Below, piece by piece: positions 27,693 to 37,768 of a stretch of DNA of 64,000 bases. Source of the DNA: an uncultured delta proteobacterium (GTDB lineage Bacteria; Myxococcota; UBA727; VGSZ01); contig CAVZJB010000017.1 in NCBI GenBank assembly GCA_963775425.1, positions 1 through 64,000 of the forward strand, given 5' to 3'. The translations under genes were made by a program, and so were the position numbers. The stretch's first letter is position 1. Each line of letters begins with the position of its first letter. Below the pieces are notes generated by a model that ran no database searches, was not told where the DNA came from, and saw nothing but the letters and a program-made list of their open reading frames with translations.

Positions 27693-30128
27693 TCAAAGCG
27701 GCGCGCCGAGGTGCGCCGCCAGGCGCAGCAGGTCGGCGAAGACGCCGCCGGCGGTGACCTCGGGGCCGGCGCCGGGGCCCTGCACGAGGAGCGGCTGGGC
27801 GTCGTAGCGGGTGGTGGTGAAGGCGACGATGTTGTCCGTGCCCGTGAGGCGCGCGAACGGGTGGGTGGCCGGGACGACGCGCAGCCCGACGCGCGGGGCG
27901 CCCGACTCCGGGATGCTCCCGGCGTAACGCAAGACGCTGCCGCGCGCCTGCGCCTCCTTCTGCTTCTTGGCAATCTGCTCGTCGATGGGCGCGAGGCCGC
28001 GCAAGAGCTCCTCGAGCGGCGCCGCGAACGGCAGGCCCGGCGCGAGGTCCTCGACGACGACGTCCGCCAGCGACACGTCGCGCCCCATCTCGCGCGCGAG
28101 CACGACGAGCTTGCGGGCGAAGTCCGTGCCGGACAGGTCCTCGCGCGGATCGGGCTCGGTGTACCCGAGCCGGCGCGCCTCTCGCACGGCGGCCGAAAAC
28201 GGCGCCCCCGGCTCGAGCGTGTTGAAGATGAAGCTCAACGTGCCCGACAGGACGCCGTCGACGGAGCGCACCGTGTCGCCGGTGTGCATCAGGTCCTGAA
28301 GCGTCTTGATGACCGGCAACCCGGCGCCCACCGTGGCCTCGCCGAGATAGAGCGCGCGCCTGCGCGCCGCGCCGATGGCGCGCCAGCGATCGAGCGGCCC
28401 CGCGCCCGCGCGCTTGTTGGGCGTGACGACATGGATGCCCCGCGACAGCCACGGCGCGTACTGATCGGCGACGGCGTCGCTGGCGGTGCAGTCGATGATC
28501 ACGGCATGGGGCAGGTGCTCGGCGCACACGTGCGCAGCGAGCGCCTCGAGGTCGAGCGGCGGGCCGTCCGCGAGCGACGCGGCGAGCGACGCCGGATCGG
28601 CGTCGTCGGCGGCGAGCACCATGCGCTTGCTGTCGCAGGCGGCGCGCACGCGAAGGTCGAGCCGGTGCCGCCGGCGCAGCTCATCGCGCTGCGCCGCGAT
28701 CTGCTCGAGCAGCACCTTGCCGATGAGGCCGGCGCCGACGACGCCGATGGACAGCGTGGTGTCCGAGAGCGTGAAGCGCGAGTGCACCGCCCGCAGCGCG
28801 CGGGTGGAGTCCTTGCGCGCGATCACCGCGGTGATGTTGCGTTCGCTGCTCCCCTGGGCCACGGCGCGCACGTTCACGCCGACGTCGCCGAGGGCGGAGA
28901 AGAAGCGCGCCGCCACGCCCGGGCTCTGGGCCATGGCGTCGCCGACGGCGGCGAGCACGGCGCAGCCGCGCTCGAGCGTGATCTCGTTGACCAGGCCGTG
29001 CGCGCGCTCCGTCGCGAACGCCTGCTCCACCGTCTTGTGGGCGAGCTCCGCTTGCGCCTCCCGCACCGCGAAGCAGATCGAGTGCTCGGAGCTCGCCTGC
29101 GAGATGACCATGACGCTCACGCCCACCGCGCGCAGGGCGCCGAACAGCCGCTCGGCGATGCCGGGCACGCCGACCATCCCGGTGCCCTCGAGGTTCAACA
29201 TGGCGACGTCGTCGATGGTGGTGAAGCCCTTGACCATGGGCCCGCCGCCGCGCACCGGCACCTCGTGGATGACGGTGCCCTTCAGCTCCGGGCGGAACGT
29301 GTTCTTGATCCACACCGGGATCTTCGCGTTCACCACGGGCTGCATCGTGTGCGGGTGCACCACGCGCGCGCCGAAGTACGCGAGCTCCATGGCCTCGCGG
29401 TACGACATCTCGTCGAGGACGGTCGCCTCCGGCACGCGGCGCGGGTCGGCGCTGAGGACGCCGTCGACGTCGGTCCAGATGGTGACGGACGCCGCGTCGA
29501 GGAGCGCGCCGAAGATGGAGGCCGAGAAGTCGCTGCCGTTGCGTCCGAGGGTGGTGACCGTGCCGTCGGCGGTGGACGCGATGAACCCCGTGACCACCAC
29601 GCGCGCCGGCGACGCCGGCGCCTTCCCCAGGAACGCTTGCGCGCGTCGCCGCGACTCGTCCCACTGCACGGACGGCGACAGCTCGCCCGGCTCCACCACC
29701 AGCACCTCGCGGGCGTCGAGGAAGCGGGCGTCGAGGAGCGGCGCCAGCGTCTGCGCCGACCACAGCTCGCCGTGGCCGGCCACGAGGTCGTCGATGGCCT
29801 GCGAGCGGCGGCCGATGAGTCGGACCGCCCGCAGCAGATCGCGCAGGTCGGCGAGGTCCTTGTCGACGACGTCCTTCACGCCAGGGACGCAGAGGGCGTC
29901 GGCGACGGCGTGGTGGCGCCGGCGGAGCTCCTCGAGCTTGTCGAGATACGCGCCGTCCCGGCGCGCCGCGAGATCGCACGCCTCGAGGAGAGCGTCGGTG
30001 ACGCCGGCCATGGCCGAGACCACGACGGCGACGTCGCCGCGCTCCGCCTTCACGATGTCCGCCACGCGCCGAAAGCGCTCGGCGTCCGCCAGCGACGTTC
30101 CACCGAATTTGTGCACCACGAAACCCAC
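27693..30128 (-). CDS. thrA: Bifunctional aspartate kinase / homoserine dehydrogenase
   Basis: HKFGGTS, TTLGRNGSDFSA, WTDVDG, two ACT domains, GAGLIG, EATVGAGLP, GPGAGPEVTA; GGAGG RBS. Confidence 0.96.
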   Translation of the reverse strand: MGFVVHKFGGTSLADAERFRRVADIVKAERGDVAVVVSAMAGVTDALLEACDLAARRDGAYLDKLEELRRRHHAVADALCVPGVKDVVDKDLADLRDLLRAVRLIGRRSQAIDDLVAGHGELWSAQTLAPLLDARFLDAREVLVVEPGELSPSVQWDESRRRAQAFLGKAPASPARVVVTGFIASTADGTVTTLGRNGSDFSASIFGALLDAASVTIWTDVDGVLSADPRRVPEATVLDEMSYREAMELAYFGARVVHPHTMQPVVNAKIPVWIKNTFRPELKGTVIHEVPVRGGGPMVKGFTTIDDVAMLNLEGTGMVGVPGIAERLFGALRAVGVSVMVISQASSEHSICFAVREAQAELAHKTVEQAFATERAHGLVNEITLERGCAVLAAVGDAMAQSPGVAARFFSALGDVGVNVRAVAQGSSERNITAVIARKDSTRALRAVHSRFTLSDTTLSIGVVGAGLIGKVLLEQIAAQRDELRRRHRLDLRVRAACDSKRMVLAADDADPASLAASLADGPPLDLEALAAHVCAEHLPHAVIIDCTASDAVADQYAPWLSRGIHVVTPNKRAGAGPLDRWRAIGAARRRALYLGEATVGAGLPVIKTLQDLMHTGDTVRSVDGVLSGTLSFIFNTLEPGAPFSAAVREARRLGYTEPDPREDLSGTDFARKLVVLAREMGRDVSLADVVVEDLAPGLPFAAPLEELLRGLAPIDEQIAKKQKEAQARGSVLRYAGSIPESGAPRVGLRVVPATHPFARLTGTDNIVAFTTTRYDAQPLLVQGPGAGPEVTAGGVFADLLRLAAHLGAPL

Positions 30129-30205
30129 CGACGCCTCCACTCTCCCCGGCCCTTGCGCGACTCTGCGCCGCACCTTACAGCGGCGCACACCGGAGCTGAC
30201 CTCAG

Positions 30206-30670
30206 ATGGACGCAAAGACGCTCGCCGCCGCCCCCCTCCTGGCCCTCACGCTCGCCGCGTGCCCTACGACCCCGGCTGCGCCGCCGTCGTCGGAGCAAGC
30301 GGCGCCGGTCGACAAGGCGGTGCGCGACCTCTACACGGGCTACACCACGGCGGCCACCGGCGACCAGGCGCGCACCGCGCTCGAGGACAACGGCGCCGCC
30401 GCCTTCGTCGAGGCGCTCAAGACCAAGGCCAAGGCGTGCTCCGCCGCCGCCGAGGCCGGCAAGCCCAATCCCACCTGCGACGTCGACCCCGTCGTGTGCA
30501 CCACGGCGCACCCCACGCTCACCACCGTGGTCGTGCAGACCATCTCCGGCACCGCCGCCACCGCCACCGCCGTCGTCACCCCGGACGGCACCGCGCCCAT
30601 CAACGTCCGCGTCAGCCTCACGAAAGACGGCGGCGCCTGGAAGGTGGCGTCGGTGGAGTGCCCGCGCTGA
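30206..30670 (+). CDS. Small lipoprotein (possible NTF2-like fold)
   Basis: LAAC lipobox; ends VRVSLTKDGGAWKVASV. Confidence 0.7.
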   Translation: MDAKTLAAAPLLALTLAACPTTPAAPPSSEQAAPVDKAVRDLYTGYTTAATGDQARTALEDNGAAAFVEALKTKAKACSAAAEAGKPNPTCDVDPVVCTTAHPTLTTVVVQTISGTAATATAVVTPDGTAPINVRVSLTKDGGAWKVASVECPR

Positions 30671-30677
30671 ACGCCGC

Positions 30678-32609
30678 CTACGGCGCGCGGGCGTGGCCGC
30701 GCGCGACGTCGAGGAGCGCGTCGGCGCGGATGGGCTTGTCGACGACGACGGTGGGGACGTGCGAGAGCACCGGATCGGCCCTGATGGCGTCGCCCAGCTC
30801 CCAACCGTCGAGCGAAGGCGCCACGGGCTCCACGAACACCACCGCCGGCGGCTCACCGCTTTGCAGCGCATCCCACGCGTCGGCGCCGCTGGCGGCGACA
30901 TCCACGTAGAAGCCGCCGCTCGCGAGGATGGCCGCGATCTGGTGGCGCGTGGATGCGTCCTGATCCACCACGAGCACGCGCGGCGTGCCGCCGTCTCTGT
31001 CGTCGATGGGCAAAGAAAACGAGAAGCGGCTCCCCCTGCCCGGCTCGCTCTCCACCCAGATGGTGCCGTGATGCGCCTCCACCAACGCGCGCGTGATGTG
31101 GAGGCCGAGGCCGACGCCGCCCCGCGATCGCTCGCTCTGCCAATACTCGTCGAAGATGCGCGGCAGCTCCTCGGGCGGGATGCCGGGACCGGCGTCCTCG
31201 ACGGAGATGACCACGTCACGTGCGCTGCGGGCGAGGCGCACGCGCACAGTGCCTCGCGCCGGCGTGTACTTGAGCGCGTTGCCCATGAGGTTCGACAGGA
31301 TCTGCAGCAGGCGCTCGCGGTCGCAAAGGACGAGCAGCGAGCGTGCGGCCGGCTCCACCTCGAGCTCGATGGCGCGCAAGCCGGCCACCACGCGGTGGGT
31401 GTCCACGGCCGCGGTGACGGCGTCGGCGACGCTGTCGCGCTCGAGCTGCATGCGCAGCCGCCCCGCGTCGATGCTGGTGAAGTCGAGGAGATCGCGCACG
31501 AGGCGCTCGAGGCGGCAGGCGCTCCGGGCGATGGCCTGTGCCGCGGCGGCCACCGCGGCGTCGTCGCTGCGGCGCTCGAGCTGACACGCCGTGAGGCTGA
31601 TGGCCGACAGCGGCGTGCGCATGTCGTGCGCCACGATGGCGAGGAGGCGCTGCCGCGCACGCACCGCGTGGGACGCTTTTTCCAGCGAACGGCCGACATC
31701 GACGGCCGCGGCGATGCGATCGGCGCACGCACGGGCCTCGGCGACGTCGGCGACGACGAACGGCTCGTCCCCCGCGGACCGCACCAGGCTCATGGCGCCA
31801 CGCACGTGGCCGTGGGTCTCGAGCGGGACGACGAGCAACGACGCGCCGGCGCCGTCGACGGCGGCCCAGGCCTCGCCCCCTTCACCGGTCCAGGCGTCCG
31901 GCGTGACACGCGCGAGGAGGGGCTCGCCGGCGCGCGTCGCGCCCTCGACCACGGCGAGCCAATGCCGCCGCCGGATGTCGAGCTCGCGCATCGCCCGCTC
32001 GTGCCCCGGGTCGACGTGCGCCACCGCGCGGAGCGTCGGCCCGTCGTCGACCCACTCGAGCACGCACGCGCGCGCCGTCCCTGCCACGCACGCCCGCGCC
32101 GCGGCGACCAGCGTCCCCTCCCCGCCGCGCGCCTGCGGAAACGCATCGACGAGGCGCGCCATCAGGCGCTGCCACGTGTCGGCCGCGCGGTCCTCGGCAC
32201 GGTGGCCCGCCGGCGGCGCCGCGCCCTCCCCGCCGCGCGGGAGCCCGACGACGCGCGCGATGGCCGCCAACAAGGCGTCTGCGCCGAGCGGCTTGCGCAT
32301 GCTGCCGATGACGCCGGCGGCCCCGCGCGCCGCCTCCGTGACGCCGTCGTCGTCGCCCGAGACGAGGAACGTAGGGATGTTCGCCGCCCCGGGGAGCTGC
32401 GCCTTGTGTTCGAGAACCTCGACGCCGCTCATGCCGGGGAGGGACAGGTCGAGCAGCACCAACGCGGGCCGCGGCTCAGCCGAGAGGGCTTCGAGGGCTT
32501 CGCGCCCGTCGCCCGCCGTGACGACGCGATAGCCCTCCGCGCGCACCAGCCCGGCGAGCGCGTCGAGGCAGTCCGGATCGTCTTCGACAATCAGAATTCC
32601 GTCAGCCAT
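30678..32609 (-). CDS. Hybrid sensor kinase REC-GAF-HisKA-HATPase-(pseudo)REC
   Basis: ILIVEDD/LLDLSLP, VAHDMRTP, NALKYT, DAGPGI, GVGLGL; last REC has E in place of the phospho-Asp. Confidence 0.9.
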   Translation of the reverse strand: MADGILIVEDDPDCLDALAGLVRAEGYRVVTAGDGREALEALSAEPRPALVLLDLSLPGMSGVEVLEHKAQLPGAANIPTFLVSGDDDGVTEAARGAAGVIGSMRKPLGADALLAAIARVVGLPRGGEGAAPPAGHRAEDRAADTWQRLMARLVDAFPQARGGEGTLVAAARACVAGTARACVLEWVDDGPTLRAVAHVDPGHERAMRELDIRRRHWLAVVEGATRAGEPLLARVTPDAWTGEGGEAWAAVDGAGASLLVVPLETHGHVRGAMSLVRSAGDEPFVVADVAEARACADRIAAAVDVGRSLEKASHAVRARQRLLAIVAHDMRTPLSAISLTACQLERRSDDAAVAAAAQAIARSACRLERLVRDLLDFTSIDAGRLRMQLERDSVADAVTAAVDTHRVVAGLRAIELEVEPAARSLLVLCDRERLLQILSNLMGNALKYTPARGTVRVRLARSARDVVISVEDAGPGIPPEELPRIFDEYWQSERSRGGVGLGLHITRALVEAHHGTIWVESEPGRGSRFSFSLPIDDRDGGTPRVLVVDQDASTRHQIAAILASGGFYVDVAASGADAWDALQSGEPPAVVFVEPVAPSLDGWELGDAIRADPVLSHVPTVVVDKPIRADALLDVARGHARAP

Positions 32610-32617
32610 GACACCAC

Positions 32618-34843
32618 TCAAGCGGCGCTTTCGCCCGAGGCGGGAGGGAGCGCCGCCGACGACGACGACGCATCCCCGATGGAGGGGAGCCGCAGCGCCA
32701 GCATGTTCCCGGCGGCGGAGCCGGGCTCGAGCGAGATGTCGCCTTCGATGGCGCGCGCGATGTCACGAATGACGAAGAGCCCCAGGCCGGAGCCGGCCCC
32801 GCCGGACCAGCGCAGGTCCTGCGACGACGAGATGGGCTCGAACAGCTCCGCCGAGCGCTCCGGCGGGATGCGCTCGCCGCCGTCGCTCACGGTGAGCACG
32901 TGCACGCCGTCCTTCACTGCGATGTCGATGGACACGGTGCCGCGCTCCGTGATCTGCACCGCGCGCCCGACGAGGTTCGCCATGATGAGGCCGACCAGCC
33001 GCGGATCGTTCGAGAGGGGCGCCACGCCGCCCGGCGGCGTGCGCACCTCGAGGAGGATCTTCTTTCGCTGCGCGTAGTCCTGGATCTCGTTGACCACCTC
33101 GCCGACGAGGTGGGGCAAGTCGAACGACTCGACGGAGCGCGTGCAGCGGCCGCTCTCGACGCGCGCCCACTCGAGGATGGTGTCGACGAGATGCACCAGG
33201 CGCTGCGACGAGCGCCGGATGCGGTCGAAGCACTCGCGCAGCTTGGGGGACGCCGCCACGTCGTTGTCGCGCAGCAACAGGTGGATGAGGAGCTGCATGG
33301 CGGTGACCGGCGTGCGCAGCTCGTGCGACACCATGCGCAGGAAGTTCGACTTGGTGCGCGACGCGCTCTCCGCGAGATCGCGCGCGACGCGCACCTGCTC
33401 GAGGGCGGTGCGGAGCTCGCGCTGATGGCGAGCGACGCTCGACGCGAGCTTGAGCGGATCGGTCTCGTGGTGCAGCGAGACGCTGTTGAGCACGTCGATG
33501 GTCTGTTTGGCGGTGATGAGGTTCGTGATGCGCGCGTGCGCCTCCTGAAGCAGGAACGGCTTGCGCAGGACGTCCTGAACGCCGGCCTCGAGCAGGCGCA
33601 CCTGCTCCATCGGATCGTCGGTGCCGGTGAGGACGAGGATGGGGATCTCCGAGAGCGCGGGCTGCGCGCGCAGCAGCCGAATCATCTCCTCTCCGCCCAT
33701 CCTGGGCATGTTGAGATCCGTGACAATCAGATCGGGCTCGAGCTCCTGCGCTTTCTTGAAACCGTCCAACCCGTCGAACGCGGACGCGGTGTCGTAGGTG
33801 CGCCGCAGGGACTCCACGAGGATGCGCTGCACGGACGCGCAGTCCTCGACGACGAGGACCAACGCGCGGTCGCTCTTGCGCTCCGTGAGCGTGCGCAGCT
33901 CCGCCTCGCGCAACAGCTCGGACGCGGCCACCTGCGCGACCTTGGCCGCCATGCCGTCGTCGGGCCGCGCGCCCGCGCCGACCTCCATGCCCTCCGCCGC
34001 CCAGCGCGGCACGCGGACCTTGAACACTGCGCCGCGCCCGGCGGCGCCCGTGGCGGTGAGCGTGCCCCCATGAAGCGCCATGAGGTCGCGCGAGCGGCCG
34101 AGGGTGAGCCCGACGCCGTTCATGTCGACGAAGATGCTGCGATCGATCTGGCGTGTGTGGTCGAAGACCGCCTCGCGTTGCGTGCTGGCGATGCCGGGCC
34201 CGCTGTCGGTGACGGTGATGACCACCTCGTCATCGAACGCGTCTTCCTCGAGGTTGACGACAATCTCGCCGTCCTCCGGCGTGTACTTGAAGGCGTTGAA
34301 CAAGAGATTGCACAGGACGCTGCGCATCTTTGTCTCATCGATGTCGACGATGAGGCGCGGGGGGAGCTCCTGGCGATAGGTCACGCGCCGCTCGCCGGCG
34401 AGCTTCTCGAAGTGCAAGCACACGTCGCGCGTGAGCGCCGACAAATCGATGCGGCCGAGCTCGAGGGCGAGCTCTTCCTTGGCGAGCCCGCGGCCGGCGA
34501 CGGGACGCCCGAGGTTCTCGAGCACGGTGCGCACCGTCCGCAGCACGGTGCGCAAGGCGAGCCGTTGCCGCTTGGTGAGCTCCACGTTCCGCTCGTCGGC
34601 GATCACCATGAGCGCGCGGCGCAGCGCCGACGTCGCGCGCTCGAACTGCGCGCGCATATCGGCGTCGAGGGCGCGCACCCCTTCGAGAAGGATCTCCAGC
34701 TCCTCGTGGCGTGGGTAGAGCCCCGCTTGTTTGCCGCCCGTGAGCCGATCGTGCGCCGCCCGCAGCAGCTCCGGGAGCCCGCGCTCCACGCCGCCGCGCT
34801 CGATGGGGTCATTGCTTGCTTTCACCTGGGACAGTTCCGCCAT
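32618..34843 (-). CDS. Hybrid kinase with two kinase modules flanking a receiver domain
   Basis: NAFKYT/DSGPGI, then REC (VEDC, VTDLNMP, KP), then VSHELRTP and a second, degenerate HATPase. Confidence 0.88.
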   Translation of the reverse strand: MAELSQVKASNDPIERGGVERGLPELLRAAHDRLTGGKQAGLYPRHEELEILLEGVRALDADMRAQFERATSALRRALMVIADERNVELTKRQRLALRTVLRTVRTVLENLGRPVAGRGLAKEELALELGRIDLSALTRDVCLHFEKLAGERRVTYRQELPPRLIVDIDETKMRSVLCNLLFNAFKYTPEDGEIVVNLEEDAFDDEVVITVTDSGPGIASTQREAVFDHTRQIDRSIFVDMNGVGLTLGRSRDLMALHGGTLTATGAAGRGAVFKVRVPRWAAEGMEVGAGARPDDGMAAKVAQVAASELLREAELRTLTERKSDRALVLVVEDCASVQRILVESLRRTYDTASAFDGLDGFKKAQELEPDLIVTDLNMPRMGGEEMIRLLRAQPALSEIPILVLTGTDDPMEQVRLLEAGVQDVLRKPFLLQEAHARITNLITAKQTIDVLNSVSLHHETDPLKLASSVARHQRELRTALEQVRVARDLAESASRTKSNFLRMVSHELRTPVTAMQLLIHLLLRDNDVAASPKLRECFDRIRRSSQRLVHLVDTILEWARVESGRCTRSVESFDLPHLVGEVVNEIQDYAQRKKILLEVRTPPGGVAPLSNDPRLVGLIMANLVGRAVQITERGTVSIDIAVKDGVHVLTVSDGGERIPPERSAELFEPISSSQDLRWSGGAGSGLGLFVIRDIARAIEGDISLEPGSAAGNMLALRLPSIGDASSSSAALPPASGESAA

Positions 34844-34902
34844 CGAGGACTCCGCGTACGGCTGCGCGCGCGGATTGCTCGCACCGAACGCGGGGCCATT
34901 TT

Positions 34903-34918
34903 TGCACGAAGGGCGCCA
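34903..34918 (-). promoter_or_regulatory. Candidate sigma54 promoter for the kinase operon
   Basis: TGGCGCC-CTTC-GTGCA with correct -24/-12 spacing. Confidence 0.55.
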
Positions 34919-35045
34919 GAAGTTGCCCACCGATGAGACGTCTCGTCGACGAGCATGGCGCTGCATCGATTGCACTCGGGTCACGGGTCAAAGCCGGCAA
35001 TCCGCAAATGCCGACGGCGCGCGCCGGATCTTCCGCCCCGGCGGC

Positions 35046-35061
35046 TGGCTCGGCTGTTGCT
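35046..35061 (+). promoter_or_regulatory. Candidate sigma54 promoter for the regulator/EBP operon
   Basis: TGGCTCG-GCTG-TTGCT, near consensus. Confidence 0.65.
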
Positions 35062-35109
35062 ATTTCGCCAGAGGTACGGCGCCCGGGTGACGTCACCGAG
35101 AGGACCCTG

Positions 35110-35571
35110 ATGCAAGCTCCCGACACCGAGCGGGGACGAGAGACAAACGACCTCGGGGACAACGACGAGTCGTTCTACGAGGGGGAACGTCGCCCCCTGA
35201 TCCTCCTCGCGGAGGACGACATCGATGTACAAGCCGCGCTCGCGGAGTTCCTCGAGCTCTCCGGCTACGAGGTCATCGCCGTGAGCAACGGCTCCGACAT
35301 GCTGGACGCCCTCGCCTCCGCGGCCGCCAGCGAGGACCGCGAGGTCGACCTCATCATCACCGACGTCCGCATGCCCGGCTTCAACGGCCTGTCCATCGCC
35401 GAGGAGCTGCGTGCAGACGGCTGGAAGCAGCCGATCATCATCATCTCGGCCTTCGGCGACGAGGTCATCAAGGAGCGCATCCGGCGCCTCGGCGGGAGCA
35501 CCGAATTCTTCCCCAAGCCCCTCGACCCGGGCCGGCTCGAGCGCGTGCTGTCCGAGCTGTGCTCCCGCTGA
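35110..35571 (+). CDS. Single-domain response regulator
   Basis: LLAEDD, IITDVRMP, ISAFG, KP; GAGAGGA RBS. Confidence 0.9.
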   Translation: MQAPDTERGRETNDLGDNDESFYEGERRPLILLAEDDIDVQAALAEFLELSGYEVIAVSNGSDMLDALASAAASEDREVDLIITDVRMPGFNGLSIAEELRADGWKQPIIIISAFGDEVIKERIRRLGGSTEFFPKPLDPGRLERVLSELCSR

Positions 35572-35671
35572 CGGCGCGGGACTGCAAAATTTGCAATTTG
35601 CTCATTCTGCGATCGCGACGACGACGGAATGCCGTACCCTGGCAGCAACCGTCTTCGTACGAGGTCTCCGC

Positions 35672-37483
35672 GTGGCTCCCCTGACGAGAAAACCAGCGCC
35701 CGGACCGCTCCACACCCCGCCCTGGGACTCGGCGCCGCGCGTCGCGCTCGTTTCCAGGGAGCAAGACGGCGGAGAGCTTCGCGCCGCCATCGAGAACGAG
35801 GGCATGCTGGTCCGCGTCGTCGGCGACCTCATGGAGGTCCACAGCGTGGCGGCGTGGCAGCCCCACGTCGTGGTCCTCGACGTCGTCGAGGCCAACCCGG
35901 AGCTGGCCGCGTTCATGTCGCGCATCCGCTCCGCGCACCGCTGCGCCTGCGTCGTCGTCGTCGCCGAGTCCTCGGGCGAGTCTTTGACGCTGGCCGCCGA
36001 GTGCAACGCCGACGCCGTCCTCGTCCGCCCCATCGACGCCGTGAGCCTGCGCCGCAGCCTCTTGCAGGAGGCGCGCGCCACCAAGGGGCCCGCCCCCGTG
36101 CAGGTTCAGCTCCCCGCGCTCGTCGTCGGCTCCACGCCGCAGATGCGCGAGGTGTGGCGCTTCGTGCTGCGCGCGGCGCAGTCGGCGTCGTCCGTCGTCA
36201 TCACCGGTGAGACGGGCGTCGGCAAAGAGGTCATCGCGCGGGCGCTGCACCGCTTCTCGTCGCGCAAGGCCGGCCCGTTCGTCGCCGTCAACTGCGCCGC
36301 CTTGCCCGAGACGCTCATGGAGTCCGAGCTCTTCGGCTACGAGCGCGGCGCCTTCACCGGCGCCACCGCGCAGCACAAGGGCCGCTTCGAGCTCGCCGAC
36401 GGCGGCACGCTCTTCCTCGACGAGATCGGCGATCTCCCCCTGGGCGTGCAGGTGAAGCTCCTGCGCGTGCTCCAGGAACGCACCTTCGAGCGCCTCGGCG
36501 GCAGCGAGAGCATCAGCGTCGACGTGCGCGTCATCGCGGCCACGCACCGCCGGCTCGACGAGGAGGTCGAGCGCGGCCGCTTCCGCGCCGACCTCTTTTA
36601 TCGCTTGAACGTCCTGTCCACGGAGGTGCCGCCCCTGCGCGAGCGCACCGCCGACATCCTCGGCCTCTGGGACCACTTCATCGACGTCGCCGCCCAGCAG
36701 GATCGGCGCCGGCCGCCGACGTCCACGGCGGCCGTGCAGCGCATGCTCCTCCGCCATGACTGGCCCGGGAACATCCGCGAGCTCAACAACGTCGTGCAGC
36801 ACGTGATGGCGGTGTCCACCGGCGACCGCATCGTCCCCCTCGACCTGCCCGCCTACCTCTCCAAGCCGGCCCGCTCCGGCATCCCGGAGCCCTCCAAGCT
36901 CGTCGGGCGCACCATGAAGGAGATCGAGCGCGCGGCCATCCTCGAGACCTACGAGGCCCTCGGCACGGTGAAGGCCACCGCCGAGATGCTCGGCATCTCG
37001 GAGCGCAAGATCCACTACCGCCTCAAGAGCTACCGCACCGAGCACACGGCGGCGCAGGTCTCCGCCGTCGAGCGCGCCAACGTCGACGGCGAGCGCGGCC
37101 GGGCCCGCGTGCTCCTCGCGGAGGACGACGACGAGCTGCGCTGGCTGCTCACCGACGTCCTCAAGGCCGAGGGCCACGAGGTCGTCGCCGTCTCCGACGG
37201 CAGCGCGCTGCTCGCGCACCTCGGCCCGAGCCTCCTCGTGGGCCGCCGCGGCGCTCCCCCCGACATCATCATCACCGATATCCGCATGCCCGGTGCCTCG
37301 GGCCTGCAGGTGCTCGAGAAGGTCCGGGCGCGCTCCGGGGACCTCCCGGTGGTGCTCATCACGGCCTTCGGCGACGCCGACACCAAGCGCCAGGCGGATG
37401 CGCTGGGCGCCACGGCGCTGCTGAACAAGCCGCTCGACATCGACCAGCTCCAGAAGGTCGTGCGCGGCTCCGTCGTGCACTGA
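35672..37483 (+). CDS. Sigma54-dependent enhancer-binding protein with an extra C-terminal receiver domain (start uncertain)
   Basis: [34 protein letters not shown], Fis-type HTH, then LLAEDD...ITDIRMP...KP. Confidence 0.92.
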   Translation: MAPLTRKPAPGPLHTPPWDSAPRVALVSREQDGGELRAAIENEGMLVRVVGDLMEVHSVAAWQPHVVVLDVVEANPELAAFMSRIRSAHRCACVVVVAESSGESLTLAAECNADAVLVRPIDAVSLRRSLLQEARATKGPAPVQVQLPALVVGSTPQMREVWRFVLRAAQSASSVVITGETGVGKEVIARALHRFSSRKAGPFVAVNCAALPETLMESELFGYERGAFTGATAQHKGRFELADGGTLFLDEIGDLPLGVQVKLLRVLQERTFERLGGSESISVDVRVIAATHRRLDEEVERGRFRADLFYRLNVLSTEVPPLRERTADILGLWDHFIDVAAQQDRRRPPTSTAAVQRMLLRHDWPGNIRELNNVVQHVMAVSTGDRIVPLDLPAYLSKPARSGIPEPSKLVGRTMKEIERAAILETYEALGTVKATAEMLGISERKIHYRLKSYRTEHTAAQVSAVERANVDGERGRARVLLAEDDDELRWLLTDVLKAEGHEVVAVSDGSALLAHLGPSLLVGRRGAPPDIIITDIRMPGASGLQVLEKVRARSGDLPVVLITAFGDADTKRQADALGATALLNKPLDIDQLQKVVRGSVVH

Positions 37484-37543
37484 GCCGCGGCAGAGTGCCC
37501 CTTCGGCCCGCCTCGTGCAGGCAGTCCTCGTCGGAGGTGAGCC

Positions 37544-37756
37544 ATGACGCACGCCGAACAGATCGACGACGAGGCCCACGCCCTGCCCGCAGCGCGCAGA
37601 GACGTCACACACGAGGTGCGCCCGGTGTGTGCCGCGTGCCGATCCCGGCTCGGGGTCAGGTACGACGACAAGCTCCCCGGTGTGCTTTTCTGCGCCGAGT
37701 GTTGGGCGCTGGCGCGCAGCGCGACGCCGGACGACGAGCTCGGCGTCGGGGACTGA
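37544..37756 (+). CDS. 70-aa putative zinc-binding protein
   Basis: CAAC...CAEC; GGAGG RBS. Confidence 0.6.
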   Translation: MTHAEQIDDEAHALPAARRDVTHEVRPVCAACRSRLGVRYDDKLPGVLFCAECWALARSATPDDELGVGD

Positions 37757-37768
37757 CCCGCGCGCCGG

